Assembly (NCBI GenBank): GCA_021323595.1
Contig: JAJPKR010000028.1
Span: forward strand, 3,762 to 67,761
Reading direction: 5' to 3'
DNA from: Terriglobia bacterium
Lineage (GTDB): Bacteria; Acidobacteriota; Terriglobia; Terriglobales; SCQP01
DNA length: 64,000 bases
The notes below the pieces were generated by a model. The model was given only the letters and a program-made list of their open reading frames with translations. It searched no databases and had not been told where the DNA came from. Shown here in pieces: positions 1-13,918 of this stretch (positions are counted from its first letter, which is position 1; every line of letters starts with the position of its first letter). Position numbers and translations under genes: made by a program.

Positions 1-687
1 GGGCTCGGGCGCGGCCTCGCGGCGCTCTTCGCGCATGTGGTGGCGCACATCCACGCCCTCGACCCAAAAAATGACCTCTTCGGCGATGTTGGTGGCATGG
101 TCGGCGATGCGCTCCAAATTCCGCGCCACCAGGATCAAGCTCAGCGCCCGCTCGACGAGCGAGGGGTCGTGCAGCATCTTGTCGAGCAGATTGCGGAAGA
201 CCTGGTCGCGCAGCGCGTCCACTTCGTCGTCGGTCTCGAGCACCTGCCGCGCCAGCGCCACGTCGCGGGCCATGAGCGCATCGAGCGCCTGCCGCACCAT
301 GCCTTCCACCTTGGCGGCCATCAGGGGCAGGTCCACCAGGGGCCGGGCCAAGGGCTGCTCGATCATGTGCGGCACCGCCTGGCAGATGTTCACCGCCAAA
401 TCCCCCATGCGCTCGAGATTGTTGTTGATCTTGACCACCGCCGCCAAGAAGCGCAAATCCACCGCCAGCGGCTGCTGCAGGGCGAAGAGGCGCAGCGCGC
501 GCTCATCCACCTCGACCTCGAGGGCGTTGATTTCCGGCTCGATGCCCTGGATGACCTTTTCCGCTTCCGAGGGATCGCGCTCGGTGAGAGCGCGCATGCA
601 GCGGTGGATGGCGGTTTCCACCAGCCCGCCCATATAGACGACGCGCTCCTTGAGCTCGTCGAGTTCTTCGGAAAAATGTCTTCTCAT
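1..687 (-). CDS. phoU: PhoU phosphate-signalling accessory protein (partial: C-terminal end runs off the window start)
   Basis: Own minus-strand translation from ATG (685-687): MRRHFSEELDELKERVVYMGGLVETAIHRCMRALTERD...VDLRFLAAVVKINNNLERMGDLAVNI...SLILVARNLERIADHATNIAEEVIFWVEG, i.e. two PhoU helical repeats. It lies 17 nt downstream of pstB. It is open to position 1, so it is absent from the ORF track; plus-strand ORFs 35..637 and 37..708 are its antisense shadows. Confidence 0.9.
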   Translation of the reverse strand, partial: MRRHFSEELDELKERVVYMGGLVETAIHRCMRALTERDPSEAEKVIQGIEPEINALEVEVDERALRLFALQQPLAVDLRFLAAVVKINNNLERMGDLAVNICQAVPHMIEQPLARPLVDLPLMAAKVEGMVRQALDALMARDVALARQVLETDDEVDALRDQVFRNLLDKMLHDPSLVERALSLILVARNLERIADHATNIAEEVIFWVEGVDVRHHMREERREAAPEP

Positions 688-704
688 GAAGCCCCCAGCC
701 GAGC

Positions 705-1518
705 CTAGCCGAAGCGCCCGGTAATGTAATCCTCGGTTTCTTTCCGCGCCGGCGTGGTGAAGAGCTGCTGCGTGCGGCCGACCTCGATGAGGCGTCCGGA
801 GAGGAAAAAGGCCGTGCGGTCGCTGATGCGCGCCGCTTGCTGCAAGTTGTGGGTGACGATGACGATGGTGTAACGCTGCTTCAGCTCGAGCGCCAGCTCC
901 TCGATGCGGCCGGTGGCGATGGGATCGAGGGCGGAGGCGGGCTCGTCCATGAGCAGGATTTCCGGCTCGATCGCCAGCGCGCGCGCGATGCAGAGCCGCT
1001 GCTGCTGGCCGCCGGAGAGAGACAAGGCGGGGGCGTCGAGCCGGTCCCGAACCTCGTCCCAGAGCCCGGCGGCGCGCAGGCTGCGCTCGATGACCGCTTC
1101 GCGTTCGCCGTGGCCGCGCGCCAGACCGTTCACGCGCAATCCGAAAGCGACGTTGTCGCGCACCGAAAAGGGGAAGGGATTCGAGCGCTGAAAGATCATC
1201 CCCACGCGCCGCCGCAGGCTGATCACGTCGGCGCCGGGCGCGTAGATGTCCTCGCCATCGAGCAGGACGCTGCCCTCGAAGCGCGCCTCGGGAATGGTGT
1301 CGTTCATGCGGTTGAGCGTGCGCAGGAACGTGCTCTTGCCGCAGCCCGAGGGGCCGATCAAGGCGAAGATTTCGCCGTGCCGGATCTCGAGGCTGATGTC
1401 GAAGAGCACCTGGTTGGCGCCGTAGAAGAAATTCACATGGCGCGCCTCCAGGACGTTGGCGCTGGCGGCCGGCGGAGCCGGCGCAGCCGCGCGGGCGAGA
1501 GCGGGAGTCGGGTGCAGG

Positions 1519-1526
<8 letters not shown>
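705..1526 (-). CDS. pstB: Phosphate ABC transporter ATP-binding protein PstB
   Basis: Walker [10 protein letters not shown], signature LSGGQQQRL, Walker [12 protein letters not shown], PstB-type C-terminus [10 protein letters not shown]. It sits in a pst gene context. Confidence 0.95.
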
Positions 1527-2756
<1,230 letters not shown>

Positions 2757-2760
<4 letters not shown>

Positions 2761-3629
2761 GCCATCCCTTTCCGCCGCCGGGCGAACGTCAGCCGGGCGG
2801 CCGCGCCGATGCCGACGATGATCGCGATGAGGGTCAACGACGCCGCCCACGCCTGCGCATGCCAGCTCGCATAGGGCGAAATGGCGTAATCGTAGATTTG
2901 CACGGTGAGCGAGGAGATCGGCTGATCGATGTAGCCCGACCAAAACGAATTGTTGAAGGCGGTGAAGAGCAGCGGCGCGGTTTCGCCGGCGACCCGCGCC
3001 ACGCCCAGTAGCGCACCGCTGACCAGCCCCACCCGCGCGGACGGCAAGACCACGCCGGCGACCATGCGCCAGCGGCTGGCGCCGAGCGCGAGCGCGGCGT
3101 CGCGATAGCCCTTGGGCACGCCCCGCAAGACTTCCTCCGCCGCCCGCAGCACCACCGGAATCATGATGACCGCCAGCGCCAAACCGCCCGCCAGCGCCGA
3201 AAAGCGGCGCATGGGCACGACGACGACCGCGTAAATGAACAGGCCGACGACGATGGTGGGCGTGCCGTTGAGGACGTCGGCGGCGAACCGCACGCCGGAA
3301 GCGAAGCGCTCGCGGCGAAACTCGGCGACATAGATCCCGCCGATCAACCCCAGCGGCACCCCCGCCAGGATCGCGATCGCCAGCAGCTCGAGCGTGCCGC
3401 CGATGGCATTCGCCATCCCCCCGCCGGGCATCCCCACCGGCCGCGGCGTTTGCAGGAAGAACGCCGGAGTCAGCGCCGCCGCGCCTTCGCGCGCGACATA
3501 ATACAGGATCAGAAACAGCGGCGCCAAGATCAGCGCGGTTGCCGCAGCCGTGAGCGCCAGCATGAAGCGGCTGCGCCAATGGCGCCGGCGCAAGCGGCGG
3601 CGGTCGGCGGCCGGCGCGGGCGTCATCAT
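2757..3629 (-). CDS. pstA: Phosphate ABC transporter permease PstA
   Basis: 290-aa polytopic membrane protein with the ABC permease EAA-type loop (ALALGASRWRMVAGVVLPSA). It is the second permease of the pst operon and overlaps the pstC stop by 4 nt. Confidence 0.9.
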
Positions 3630-4615
3630 GCGGCGCGGCCTCCCCAGCGGCGTTCGGCGCGCCAGACCATCACCCGGGCGACGATGTTGACGAGCAGGGT
3701 GATGGCGAAAAGGACCAGACCGATTTCCAGCAGCGCCGAGACGTACATCGCGGTCGTTGCTTCGGTGAACTCATTGGCAATGACGCTGGCCAAGGTGTAG
3801 CCGGGCGCGAAGAGCGAAGCGCTGACCGCCGGACGATTGCCGATGACCATCGTGACCGCCATGGTCTCGCCCAAAGCCCGGCCCATGCCCAGCATCACCC
3901 CGCCCCAGATGCCGGTGCGGGCGGCGGGCAGCACCACGCCCCAAATCGCGTCCCAGTGCGTGGCCGCCAAGGCATAGGCGCCATCGCGGTAGGCGCGCGG
4001 GACGGCGGCAATCACTTCCCGCGAAATGCCGATGATGTAGGGCGCGATCATCACCGCCAAGATCAGCCCGGCGGCGAGAAACCCGACGCCGTAGGCGGGC
4101 CCGCGAAACAGCGGCAGCCAGCCGAGGCGCGCCGCCAGCCACGGTTCCGCATTTCGTTGCAGCCAGGGCGCGAGAACGAAAATGCCCCACAGCCCGTACA
4201 CGACGCTCGGCACCGCCGCCAGCAGCTCGACCAGATACCCGACCGGCCCGCGCAGCCAAAACGGCGCCTGCTCCACCAGAAAAATCGCCACCGCGATGCT
4301 CAGGGGCACGGCCAGGATCAGCGCGACGGCGGTGGTGACGAGGGTGCCGAACAGGAACGGCCAGGCGCCGAAGTGACTGAAGACCGGGTCCCACGCCGAG
4401 CTCGACAAGAAGCGCCAGCCGAAGGCATGGCGCGTCAGCGCCGAACCGCGCACCAGCTGCCAGCCGATGCCCACGATCAGCAGCGGCGCGACCGCGGCCA
4501 GCGCCCGCGCGATCCAGGCAAAAACGGCGTCGCCGAAACGGCGGCGCGGCGTCGCCGCGCGTCTGCTCGCGTCTCTGACCAGGCGGGACATGGGAAGAGG
4601 CGATTGCTGCTGCAA
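3626..4615 (-). CDS. pstC: Phosphate ABC transporter permease PstC
   Basis: 329-aa polytopic membrane protein with an EAA-type loop (GAYALAATHWDAIWGVVLPAARTG). It is the first gene of the pstCA-phoR-pstB-phoU string. Confidence 0.9.
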   Translation of the reverse strand: MQQQSPLPMSRLVRDASRRAATPRRRFGDAVFAWIARALAAVAPLLIVGIGWQLVRGSALTRHAFGWRFLSSSAWDPVFSHFGAWPFLFGTLVTTAVALILAVPLSIAVAIFLVEQAPFWLRGPVGYLVELLAAVPSVVYGLWGIFVLAPWLQRNAEPWLAARLGWLPLFRGPAYGVGFLAAGLILAVMIAPYIIGISREVIAAVPRAYRDGAYALAATHWDAIWGVVLPAARTGIWGGVMLGMGRALGETMAVTMVIGNRPAVSASLFAPGYTLASVIANEFTEATTAMYVSALLEIGLVLFAITLLVNIVARVMVWRAERRWGGRAA

Positions 4616-4656
4616 TTATCCCAACCGCGCGCGCTGCCGCGCGCCCGCCCGGCGCG

Positions 4657-4678
4657 CTGTCATCGATCTGTAATCAAT
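4657..4678 (+). promoter_or_regulatory. Pho-box-like site 1 (two 7-nt direct repeats with 11-nt periodicity)
   Basis: CTGTCATCGATCTGTAATCAAT, compared with the E. coli Pho-box consensus CTGTCATA(A/T)A(A/T)CTGTCA(C/T). It lies in the pstC / porin-pstS divergent intergenic region, 42 nt from the pstC start. Confidence 0.5.
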
Positions 4679-4808
4679 CAGGCGGATCCCGCCAGATCCG
4701 CCTGCCCGCGCAGGCGCCCGGCGGGATCACGGCGGCGCGTCGTATCTGCCCGTCCTTAATAATCTCCGGCCGCCGGTCCCGCGCTTGGCCGCGGGCGGAT
4801 TTCTCCGC

Positions 4809-4830
4809 GCGTCATCGATCCGTAATCCAA
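4809..4830 (+). promoter_or_regulatory. Pho-box-like site 2
   Basis: GCGTCATCGATCCGTAATCCAA is near-identical (about 17 of 21 nt) to site 1, lies 152 nt downstream of it, and ends 65 nt before the porin ATG. Confidence 0.5.
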
Positions 4831-4894
4831 CACGCCGCCGCGATTGGGCATGCTGTTAGGGAGCAGATTTTATTAACACAGGAATGACGACTCC

Positions 4895-6247
4895 ATGACA
4901 CATCCTCTGACACGAACCGTTCGCATCGCAGCAGGAGCCTTGCTTTTGCTGGCCGGGGCTTGGGCGCAGGGCGGCACGCAGACCGCTGCCCCGCTCTCCG
5001 TGCAGATCGGCGGCGCCCAATTCACGCCGGGCGGCTTTTTGGATCTGACCTCGGTCTTCCGCACCACCAACGTGGGCAGCGGCATCGGCACGTCCTTCGG
5101 CTCGATCCCGTTCAGCAACACCGCCGCCGGCCAGCTCTCGGAATTCCGCTTCAGCGCGCAGAACTCACGCCTGTCGCTGCGGGTGGATTCCCAGCCGGGC
5201 GGCGCCAAGCTGACCGGCTATGTCGAAGCCGATTTTCTCGGCAACGCCCCGGCCAATCTGGTGGTCGGCAGCAACAGCAACACGCTGCGCATGCGCCTCT
5301 ACTGGCTGGACATCCGCAAGGGCGGCTGGGAGGTCTTGGCCGGCCAGTCCTGGAGCCTGCTCACGCCCAACCGCAAGGGCCTCTCGCCCATGCCCTCCGA
5401 TATCTTTTATAGCCAGGACATGGACACCAACTACCAAGTCGGGTTGACCTGGTCGCGCGACCCGCAATTGCGCGTCATCCGGCACTTCGGCTCGAGCTGG
5501 GCCTTGGGCGTCTCTTTCGAAAATCCCGAGCAATACATCGGCAGCGCCGGCACGGTGACGCTGCCGGCGGCTTCCTATGCCTCCCAGTTCAGCACCGGCG
5601 CCAACTCCGCCACCCCCAACCTTCATCCCGACATTGTCGCCAAGCTGGCGTACGACACGACCGCCGCGGGCCACGCTGTCCATCTCGAACTCGCCGGCCT
5701 GGAGCGCACGTTCCGCGATGTCAACCCGGCAACGAATGTGAAGAACACCCTTGCCGGCGGCGGCGTTTCGCTGAACGGAAACATCGAGGTGGTGAAGAAT
5801 TTCCGCGTGATCGCCACCAGCTTCTACAGCGACGGCGGGGGGCGCTATATCTTCGGCTTGGGGCCGGATCTGGTGGTTCACGCCGACGGCACGCTTTCGG
5901 CGGTCCATTCCGCTTCCGGAATCGGCGGCTTCGAGTGGCAGGCCACCCCGGCCTGGATGCTCTACGGGTACTATGGCGGCGCCTACTTCCAGCGCAACTT
6001 CGAGACCACGGCTGCCGGCGATATCGGTTTCGGCTACGCCGGCTCGCCCTCGGCTGCCAATCGCGCCATCCAAGAAGGGACGATGGGCATCATCCACACC
6101 TTCTGGCACAAGCCGAGCTACGGCGCGCTGGCCCTGATCACGCAATACTCCTATCTCGTGCGCGCGCCCTGGTCGGTGGCCGCCGGCTCGCCGCGCACCG
6201 CCAAATCGAACATGGTTTGGGTCGACCTCCGGTACACGCTGCCGTAA
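4895..6247 (+). CDS. Outer-membrane beta-barrel porin, possibly phosphate-selective (function assigned by context only)
   Basis: Signal peptide MTHPLTRTVRIAAGALLLLAGAWAQG, then alternating amphipathic beta-strand-like sequence rich in G/S/N/Y/F. It lies directly upstream of pstS and downstream of a Pho-box-like site. Confidence 0.6.
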   Translation: MTHPLTRTVRIAAGALLLLAGAWAQGGTQTAAPLSVQIGGAQFTPGGFLDLTSVFRTTNVGSGIGTSFGSIPFSNTAAGQLSEFRFSAQNSRLSLRVDSQPGGAKLTGYVEADFLGNAPANLVVGSNSNTLRMRLYWLDIRKGGWEVLAGQSWSLLTPNRKGLSPMPSDIFYSQDMDTNYQVGLTWSRDPQLRVIRHFGSSWALGVSFENPEQYIGSAGTVTLPAASYASQFSTGANSATPNLHPDIVAKLAYDTTAAGHAVHLELAGLERTFRDVNPATNVKNTLAGGGVSLNGNIEVVKNFRVIATSFYSDGGGRYIFGLGPDLVVHADGTLSAVHSASGIGGFEWQATPAWMLYGYYGGAYFQRNFETTAAGDIGFGYAGSPSAANRAIQEGTMGIIHTFWHKPSYGALALITQYSYLVRAPWSVAAGSPRTAKSNMVWVDLRYTLP

Positions 6248-6285
6248 CGGCGGTGCCCGCAAAATCTAGAAAGGAACCACTCGCC

Positions 6286-7356
6286 ATGAAGGCCTCATCT
6301 CGCACTTTCTTTTCGGCGGGCGTTGCCGCGCTGGCCCTCGCAAGTTGGGCGTGCAGCCCGTCCTCCAAGAGCGGCGGCGCGAGCGGCAATGTCTCGCTGA
6401 CCGGCGCGGGCAGCACGTTTGTCTATCCGATCATGTCGCGCTGGATCAACGACTACGAACGGGCCCATCCCACCGTGCGGCTCAACTACCAATCCATCGG
6501 CAGCGGCGGGGGGATTCAGCAAGTCAAGAACGGCACGGTGCAATTCGGCGCCAGCGACATGGCGTTGAGCGACGCCCAACTCGCCACGATGCCGCCGGTC
6601 GTGCAGCTTGCCGAAAGCGCGGGGCCCGTTTGTATCACCTACAACCTGCCGGGATTGCAAGAGCCGTTACACCTCACCGGCGTCGTGCTCGCCGGCATCT
6701 ACCTAGGCAAGATCAAGAATTGGCGCGATCCCGCCATTCTCCGCGCCAATCCCGGCGTGTCCCTGCCGAATCGCCCGATCTTGGTCGTGCATCGCTCCGA
6801 TGGCAGCGGCACCAGCAATATCTTCACCACCTACCTTGCCGCAGTCAGCGCGGAGTGGGCCAAGCGCATCGGCGCGGGATTGTCGGTCGCATGGCCGGTG
6901 GGCTTGGGGGGAAAGGGCAGCGAAGGCGTGACCGGCCTGGCGCGGCAGACGGAAGGCGCGATCGGCTATGTCGAGCTGAACTACGCCCAAGCCAATCAGT
7001 TGCCGGTGGCGGCGATCCAGAATCCCAACGGCGACTGGGTCACCCCCTCGACGGAAAGCGCCACCGCCGCCATCGCCGCCGGCGCTGCCAGCCTGGCGCG
7101 CGACGTGCGGGCGCCGATGGTGAACGAACGCGCGCCGGGCGCCTACCCGATCACCGGCCTGACCTTCTTGATCGTGCCCCGCGACGGTCCGGATCGGGCG
7201 CAGCGCATTGCGCTCAAGGACTTCATTGCCTGGGTGTTGAGCACCGGCCAGACCTCGGCCGCGGAGATGAACTACGCGCCGCTGCCGCCGTCGCTGGTCG
7301 CCGCGGACACGCGACTGCTGGCGCAGCTCCAAGCCGCCGGCCAGCCGCTTCCCTAG
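6286..7356 (+). CDS. pstS: Phosphate-binding protein PstS (probable lipoprotein)
   Basis: Internal ATG of ORF 5935..7356. MKASSRTFFSAGVAALALASWAC, then GAGSTFVYPIMSRWINDY...YQSIGSGGGIQQ...FGASDMALSD...HRSDGSGTS, which are typical PstS phosphate-binding motifs. The 5-prime part of the long ORF overlaps the porin gene out of frame. Confidence 0.92.
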   Translation: MKASSRTFFSAGVAALALASWACSPSSKSGGASGNVSLTGAGSTFVYPIMSRWINDYERAHPTVRLNYQSIGSGGGIQQVKNGTVQFGASDMALSDAQLATMPPVVQLAESAGPVCITYNLPGLQEPLHLTGVVLAGIYLGKIKNWRDPAILRANPGVSLPNRPILVVHRSDGSGTSNIFTTYLAAVSAEWAKRIGAGLSVAWPVGLGGKGSEGVTGLARQTEGAIGYVELNYAQANQLPVAAIQNPNGDWVTPSTESATAAIAAGAASLARDVRAPMVNERAPGAYPITGLTFLIVPRDGPDRAQRIALKDFIAWVLSTGQTSAAEMNYAPLPPSLVAADTRLLAQLQAAGQPLP

Positions 7357-7461
7357 GCGCCCGCACCGGCGCGTCCCGGGGGAAAAGCCGGGCACAGCCT
7401 CGCCGAGCCCGGTTCCATCCCGCCCGCCGCGCCCTTCGCGGTCTGCTCCGGCAGCTCGGCT

Positions 7462-8157
<696 letters not shown>

Positions 8158-8241
8158 GAGAGAACTTCGATTCTAACGTGAGCTCGCGCACCGGCGCGCG
8201 CGCCAGCGCTCGCCTACAATGGTGGGAAGCTCGCGAGGGGT

Positions 8242-9396
8242 TTGGATCTGTCCGCTGCTACGTTTCACTTCGAGCCGCCGGCCTTGCAGTTCAAGCCGGC
8301 CGCGCCGCTTGCGATTCGCTCCGGAATCGACCGCGACCATGCGGTTGACCTGATCAAGGGCGTCGCCTGCCTGCTGATGGTGCTGGCGCACGTACGCTTC
8401 GCGGATGCGCCCTGGCTGCGCGAAGCGACGATGGCTTCGGTGCTGTTCTTCGCCTCCACGGGCATGAACCTCGTCGGCATCGTCGAGCGCCGCCGCGGCG
8501 ACGAGCCGCGCCTGGCTGCCAATGCCCTGTTCTTGATCTTTGCCGGCTTTGCCGACAACTATGTCCAAGGCACGCTCTGGCAGGCCGACGTCTTTCAAAG
8601 CGCGGGCCTGGCGATGCTGGCGATGTTGCTGCTGCGCCGGCTCTGGCCGCGTTATTGGACCTGGCTGTTCCCGCTGCCGTTCCTGATTCATCTTGCCAAT
8701 CAGCACTTCTATTGGAAGATCGCGGACGGCGGCGTGAGCTCGTTCTTCCTCACTCCGGGGCTCTTTCCCCTGCTGCCTTGGCTCAGTTTCTATCTGCTCG
8801 GAGCCCACTTGAAGAAGTACGGCAGCCAAACGCAGGGCTGGCTGATCGGCGGCGGCGCGGCGGTGAGCCTCGGCGCCTATCTGGCGTTTCAGCCGTTCTC
8901 GTTCAACAAGTGGTGGATGAGCATCGACTACTTCCTCATCGCCTGCATGCTGGCGGCCTGGTCGTTTGCCGGGTTGAAGCGGCTGCTGGCGCGGATTCGG
9001 CGGCCGCCGCTCGCGGAAGTGCGGCGCTGGGGAGCGAACTCGCTGGTGTTTTACATCCTCCACATGTTCGTGATCCGCGTGTTGGAGCAGCTCATGCCGC
9101 ACGGGCTGGCGCTGTTCCTGTTGGCGGTGGCCGGCACGGCGCTGCTGCTGCGCCCGGGCCTGGCGCTGCAACGGTGGGCGGTTCGCCAGCGACCCGGCTG
9201 GGTGTTGCTCGGCGGCAGCGCCGTCGCGGCGGCGGTGATCGCGGCCAACGCCACGGTTTTTGCGCCTTGGGCTTTGCTCCGCACGTTGGCCAGCTTCGGC
9301 GTGACGTTCTCGTTTATCGCCGGCTATCCGGCCTGGAAGAACCTCTCCCAGCGGCTCCGCCGCGCGCCGCGTGCCGCCGGCGCCGGCGTCAGTTGA
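8242..9396 (+). CDS. Polytopic membrane protein, DUF1624 / heparan-alpha-glucosaminide N-acetyltransferase-like (tentative)
   Basis: About 9-10 hydrophobic helices. The N-terminal DLIKGVACLLMVLAHV resembles the conserved start of DUF1624 acyltransferase-type proteins. Family assignment is from memory only. Confidence 0.5.
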   Translation: MDLSAATFHFEPPALQFKPAAPLAIRSGIDRDHAVDLIKGVACLLMVLAHVRFADAPWLREATMASVLFFASTGMNLVGIVERRRGDEPRLAANALFLIFAGFADNYVQGTLWQADVFQSAGLAMLAMLLLRRLWPRYWTWLFPLPFLIHLANQHFYWKIADGGVSSFFLTPGLFPLLPWLSFYLLGAHLKKYGSQTQGWLIGGGAAVSLGAYLAFQPFSFNKWWMSIDYFLIACMLAAWSFAGLKRLLARIRRPPLAEVRRWGANSLVFYILHMFVIRVLEQLMPHGLALFLLAVAGTALLLRPGLALQRWAVRQRPGWVLLGGSAVAAAVIAANATVFAPWALLRTLASFGVTFSFIAGYPAWKNLSQRLRRAPRAAGAGVS

Positions 9397-10789
9397 CGGG
9401 GTAAGCGCGGGCGCGTTCGCCGCGGCCGGTGTTGCTGAGCCCGCGCAGGTTCACGTCGTCGAGGCTGGCGGCCACGATATTCGCGACCTCTTCGCGCACC
9501 GCCATGACTCCGGCGCCGGGCGCGGCCTCCGGATGGACGCGGCTGGTGAGAATGATGAGATAGGTCTGGGTGACCGGATCGATCCAGATGGAGGTGCCGG
9601 TCCAGCCGGTGTGGCCGAACGAGCCGATCGGAAACAGCACGCCGCGATTGCGCGAGTACGCCGAGTCGAGATCCCACCCCAGCCCGCGGATGTCCGTGAG
9701 CCCGAGCGGCGTCTGCGGCGTGGTCATCTTCAGCACCGCCAGCGGGCCCAGGATGCGCGCCGCGCGGCGGTGGCCGTGGCCGTCGGAGACGCGGAGCACC
9801 CCGCCGTTGAGCAGGCACTGCGCGTACCGGCCCAGGTCGTGCGCGTCGGAGAACAATCCCGCCAGGCCCGAGACGCCGCCCATCGCCTTGGCCGTGGGAT
9901 CGTGCACGACGCCCCAGCGCAACACGCCGTTGATGATCTGCGTGGGCGCGATGCGGTTCTTCAGCGCCGCCGGCGGCAAGAACATCGTGCTCGTCATCCC
10001 CAGCGGAGTGTAGATGTGCCGGGCGGCATAGACGTTGAGCGGCTCGCCGCCCAGCCGCTCGACCAGGTAGCCGAGCACGATGAAGTTGATGTCGCTATAC
10101 ACGAACTTCTTGCCCGGCGGATTGATCAGCGCGACCTGCTCGACCAGCTTCAGCGCCGCCGCCTCGCCGTGCCAGGGCGCGGCGACATTTTTGTCGGGCG
10201 GCCAGCCGGGAAAACCGGTCGGCGGCAGATGCAACAGCAGCAGCAGCTCCGGCGAAGGAATGTCCGGCGGCAGCCCCGAGGTATGGGTCAGCAGCTCGCG
10301 AATCGTCACCTTGCCTTTGCCGTTCTCGGCGAACTCCGGCCAGTAGTGCGCCACCGGCTCGTCCAGGCGAATCTTGCCCTCTTCGAGCAATTGCATGATC
10401 GCGGGGGTGGTGGCGATGACCTTGGTGAGGGAGGCGAGGTCGAACATCGTGTCGAAGCGCATCGGCTGCACGCTCGGCACGATGCTGCGATTGCCGAACA
10501 CGCCGCGGTAGATCACGCGGCCGTGGTGCGCCGCCAGCACCACGGCGCCGGGAAACGCTCCCCGCGCGATCGCGCGCTCGACCACCGGCGCGATGGCATG
10601 GAGCAGCGCTGCGTTGACGCCGCCCACCGCGGGAATCGCGACCTGCGCCACCCCCGGCGGAAAGCTCGTCGCCGGCGGCGGCGCTTGCGGCAGCAGCCGC
10701 GCGGACAAGGCGAAGGCAATGGCGACGGCCGGCAAGAGGCGGCGGAGCGATGGCACGAACGCGAGTTGGCGGAGCGATGGCGCGAACAT
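9389..10789 (-). CDS. Secreted serine hydrolase, beta-lactamase class C / PBP-like family
   Basis: Signal peptide; S-x-x-K motif ASLTKVIAT, YSD(IN) second motif, HTGWTG third motif. Confidence 0.85.
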   Translation of the reverse strand: MFAPSLRQLAFVPSLRRLLPAVAIAFALSARLLPQAPPPATSFPPGVAQVAIPAVGGVNAALLHAIAPVVERAIARGAFPGAVVLAAHHGRVIYRGVFGNRSIVPSVQPMRFDTMFDLASLTKVIATTPAIMQLLEEGKIRLDEPVAHYWPEFAENGKGKVTIRELLTHTSGLPPDIPSPELLLLLHLPPTGFPGWPPDKNVAAPWHGEAAALKLVEQVALINPPGKKFVYSDINFIVLGYLVERLGGEPLNVYAARHIYTPLGMTSTMFLPPAALKNRIAPTQIINGVLRWGVVHDPTAKAMGGVSGLAGLFSDAHDLGRYAQCLLNGGVLRVSDGHGHRRAARILGPLAVLKMTTPQTPLGLTDIRGLGWDLDSAYSRNRGVLFPIGSFGHTGWTGTSIWIDPVTQTYLIILTSRVHPEAAPGAGVMAVREEVANIVAASLDDVNLRGLSNTGRGERARAYPVN

Positions 10790-10805
10790 GACGTGCCATC
10801 ATACG

Positions 10806-13485
<2,680 letters not shown>

Positions 13486-13573
13486 TCAGCAGGTCAGCCG
13501 TGGCCGCAAACTTCCGACCCCCCGTGGCCGAGTCTCGCCGGCGGCCGCCCGCCGGCGCGCGAGTGATAGGATC

Positions 13574-13918
13574 GTGAGCGGAATGAGCGACGTTAAGACA
13601 CAAATTTCCCGGCGGCAGTTCGGACGCGGTGCGGCGCTGGCGGCGGCGGGATTGCCGCTGCTGGGGAAGCGCGCCGCCGCGCCGGCCGCGCCCGCCGCGC
13701 CGGCGACGCCGCCCGAGGCCGAAGTCGCCGCGAAATATCAACGCCTTGTGGCCGAATACGGCCAGCGCATGACGCCGGCGCAATTGGCGCGCGCCCGCCG
13801 CACCATCGCCGAGCACGTGCGCATGCTCGAGGCGGTGCGGCGCTACTCGATGGCCAACGGCGATGCGCCCGCCACGGTGCTGCGGTTGGTGACCGGCGAA
13901 AACGCCCATGGTGAGTGA
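13574..13918 (+). CDS. Small Tat-leader protein, possible GatC/AtzG-like amidase partner subunit
   Basis: Twin-arginine leader SRRQFGRGAALAAAGLPLL. The C-terminal half LARARRTIAEHVRMLEAVRRYSMANGDAPATVLRL resembles GatC/AtzG (DUF4089)-type helices. It overlaps the amidase start by 11 nt. The start may be GTG 13574 or ATG 13583. Confidence 0.6.
   Translation: MSGMSDVKTQISRRQFGRGAALAAAGLPLLGKRAAAPAAPAAPATPPEAEVAAKYQRLVAEYGQRMTPAQLARARRTIAEHVRMLEAVRRYSMANGDAPATVLRLVTGENAHGE

Noticed and set aside
35-708. Plus-strand ORFs 35..637 and 37..708.
   Set aside because: They are antisense shadows of phoU, whose minus-strand translation shows the PhoU repeats.
5935-6285. 5-prime extension of the pstS ORF, and similar extensions of ruvC (19720-19929), the second TIM-barrel gene (29987-30277), CRTAC1 (30697-31206), the amidohydrolase (57801-58154), DUF892 (59726-60007), wza (58088-58264), the PCP (57144-57704) and TGL-B (50769-51194).
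   Set aside because: The extensions overlap upstream genes, are Arg-rich, and are followed by internal starts with a signal/Tat leader, an RBS or a family-typical N-terminus.
7357-7461. Possible terminator between the convergent pstS and ABC ATPase genes (CCCGG-GGGAAAAG-CCGGG).
   Set aside because: The stem is only 5 bp with no T-run, which is not distinguishable from background in this GC-rich sequence.
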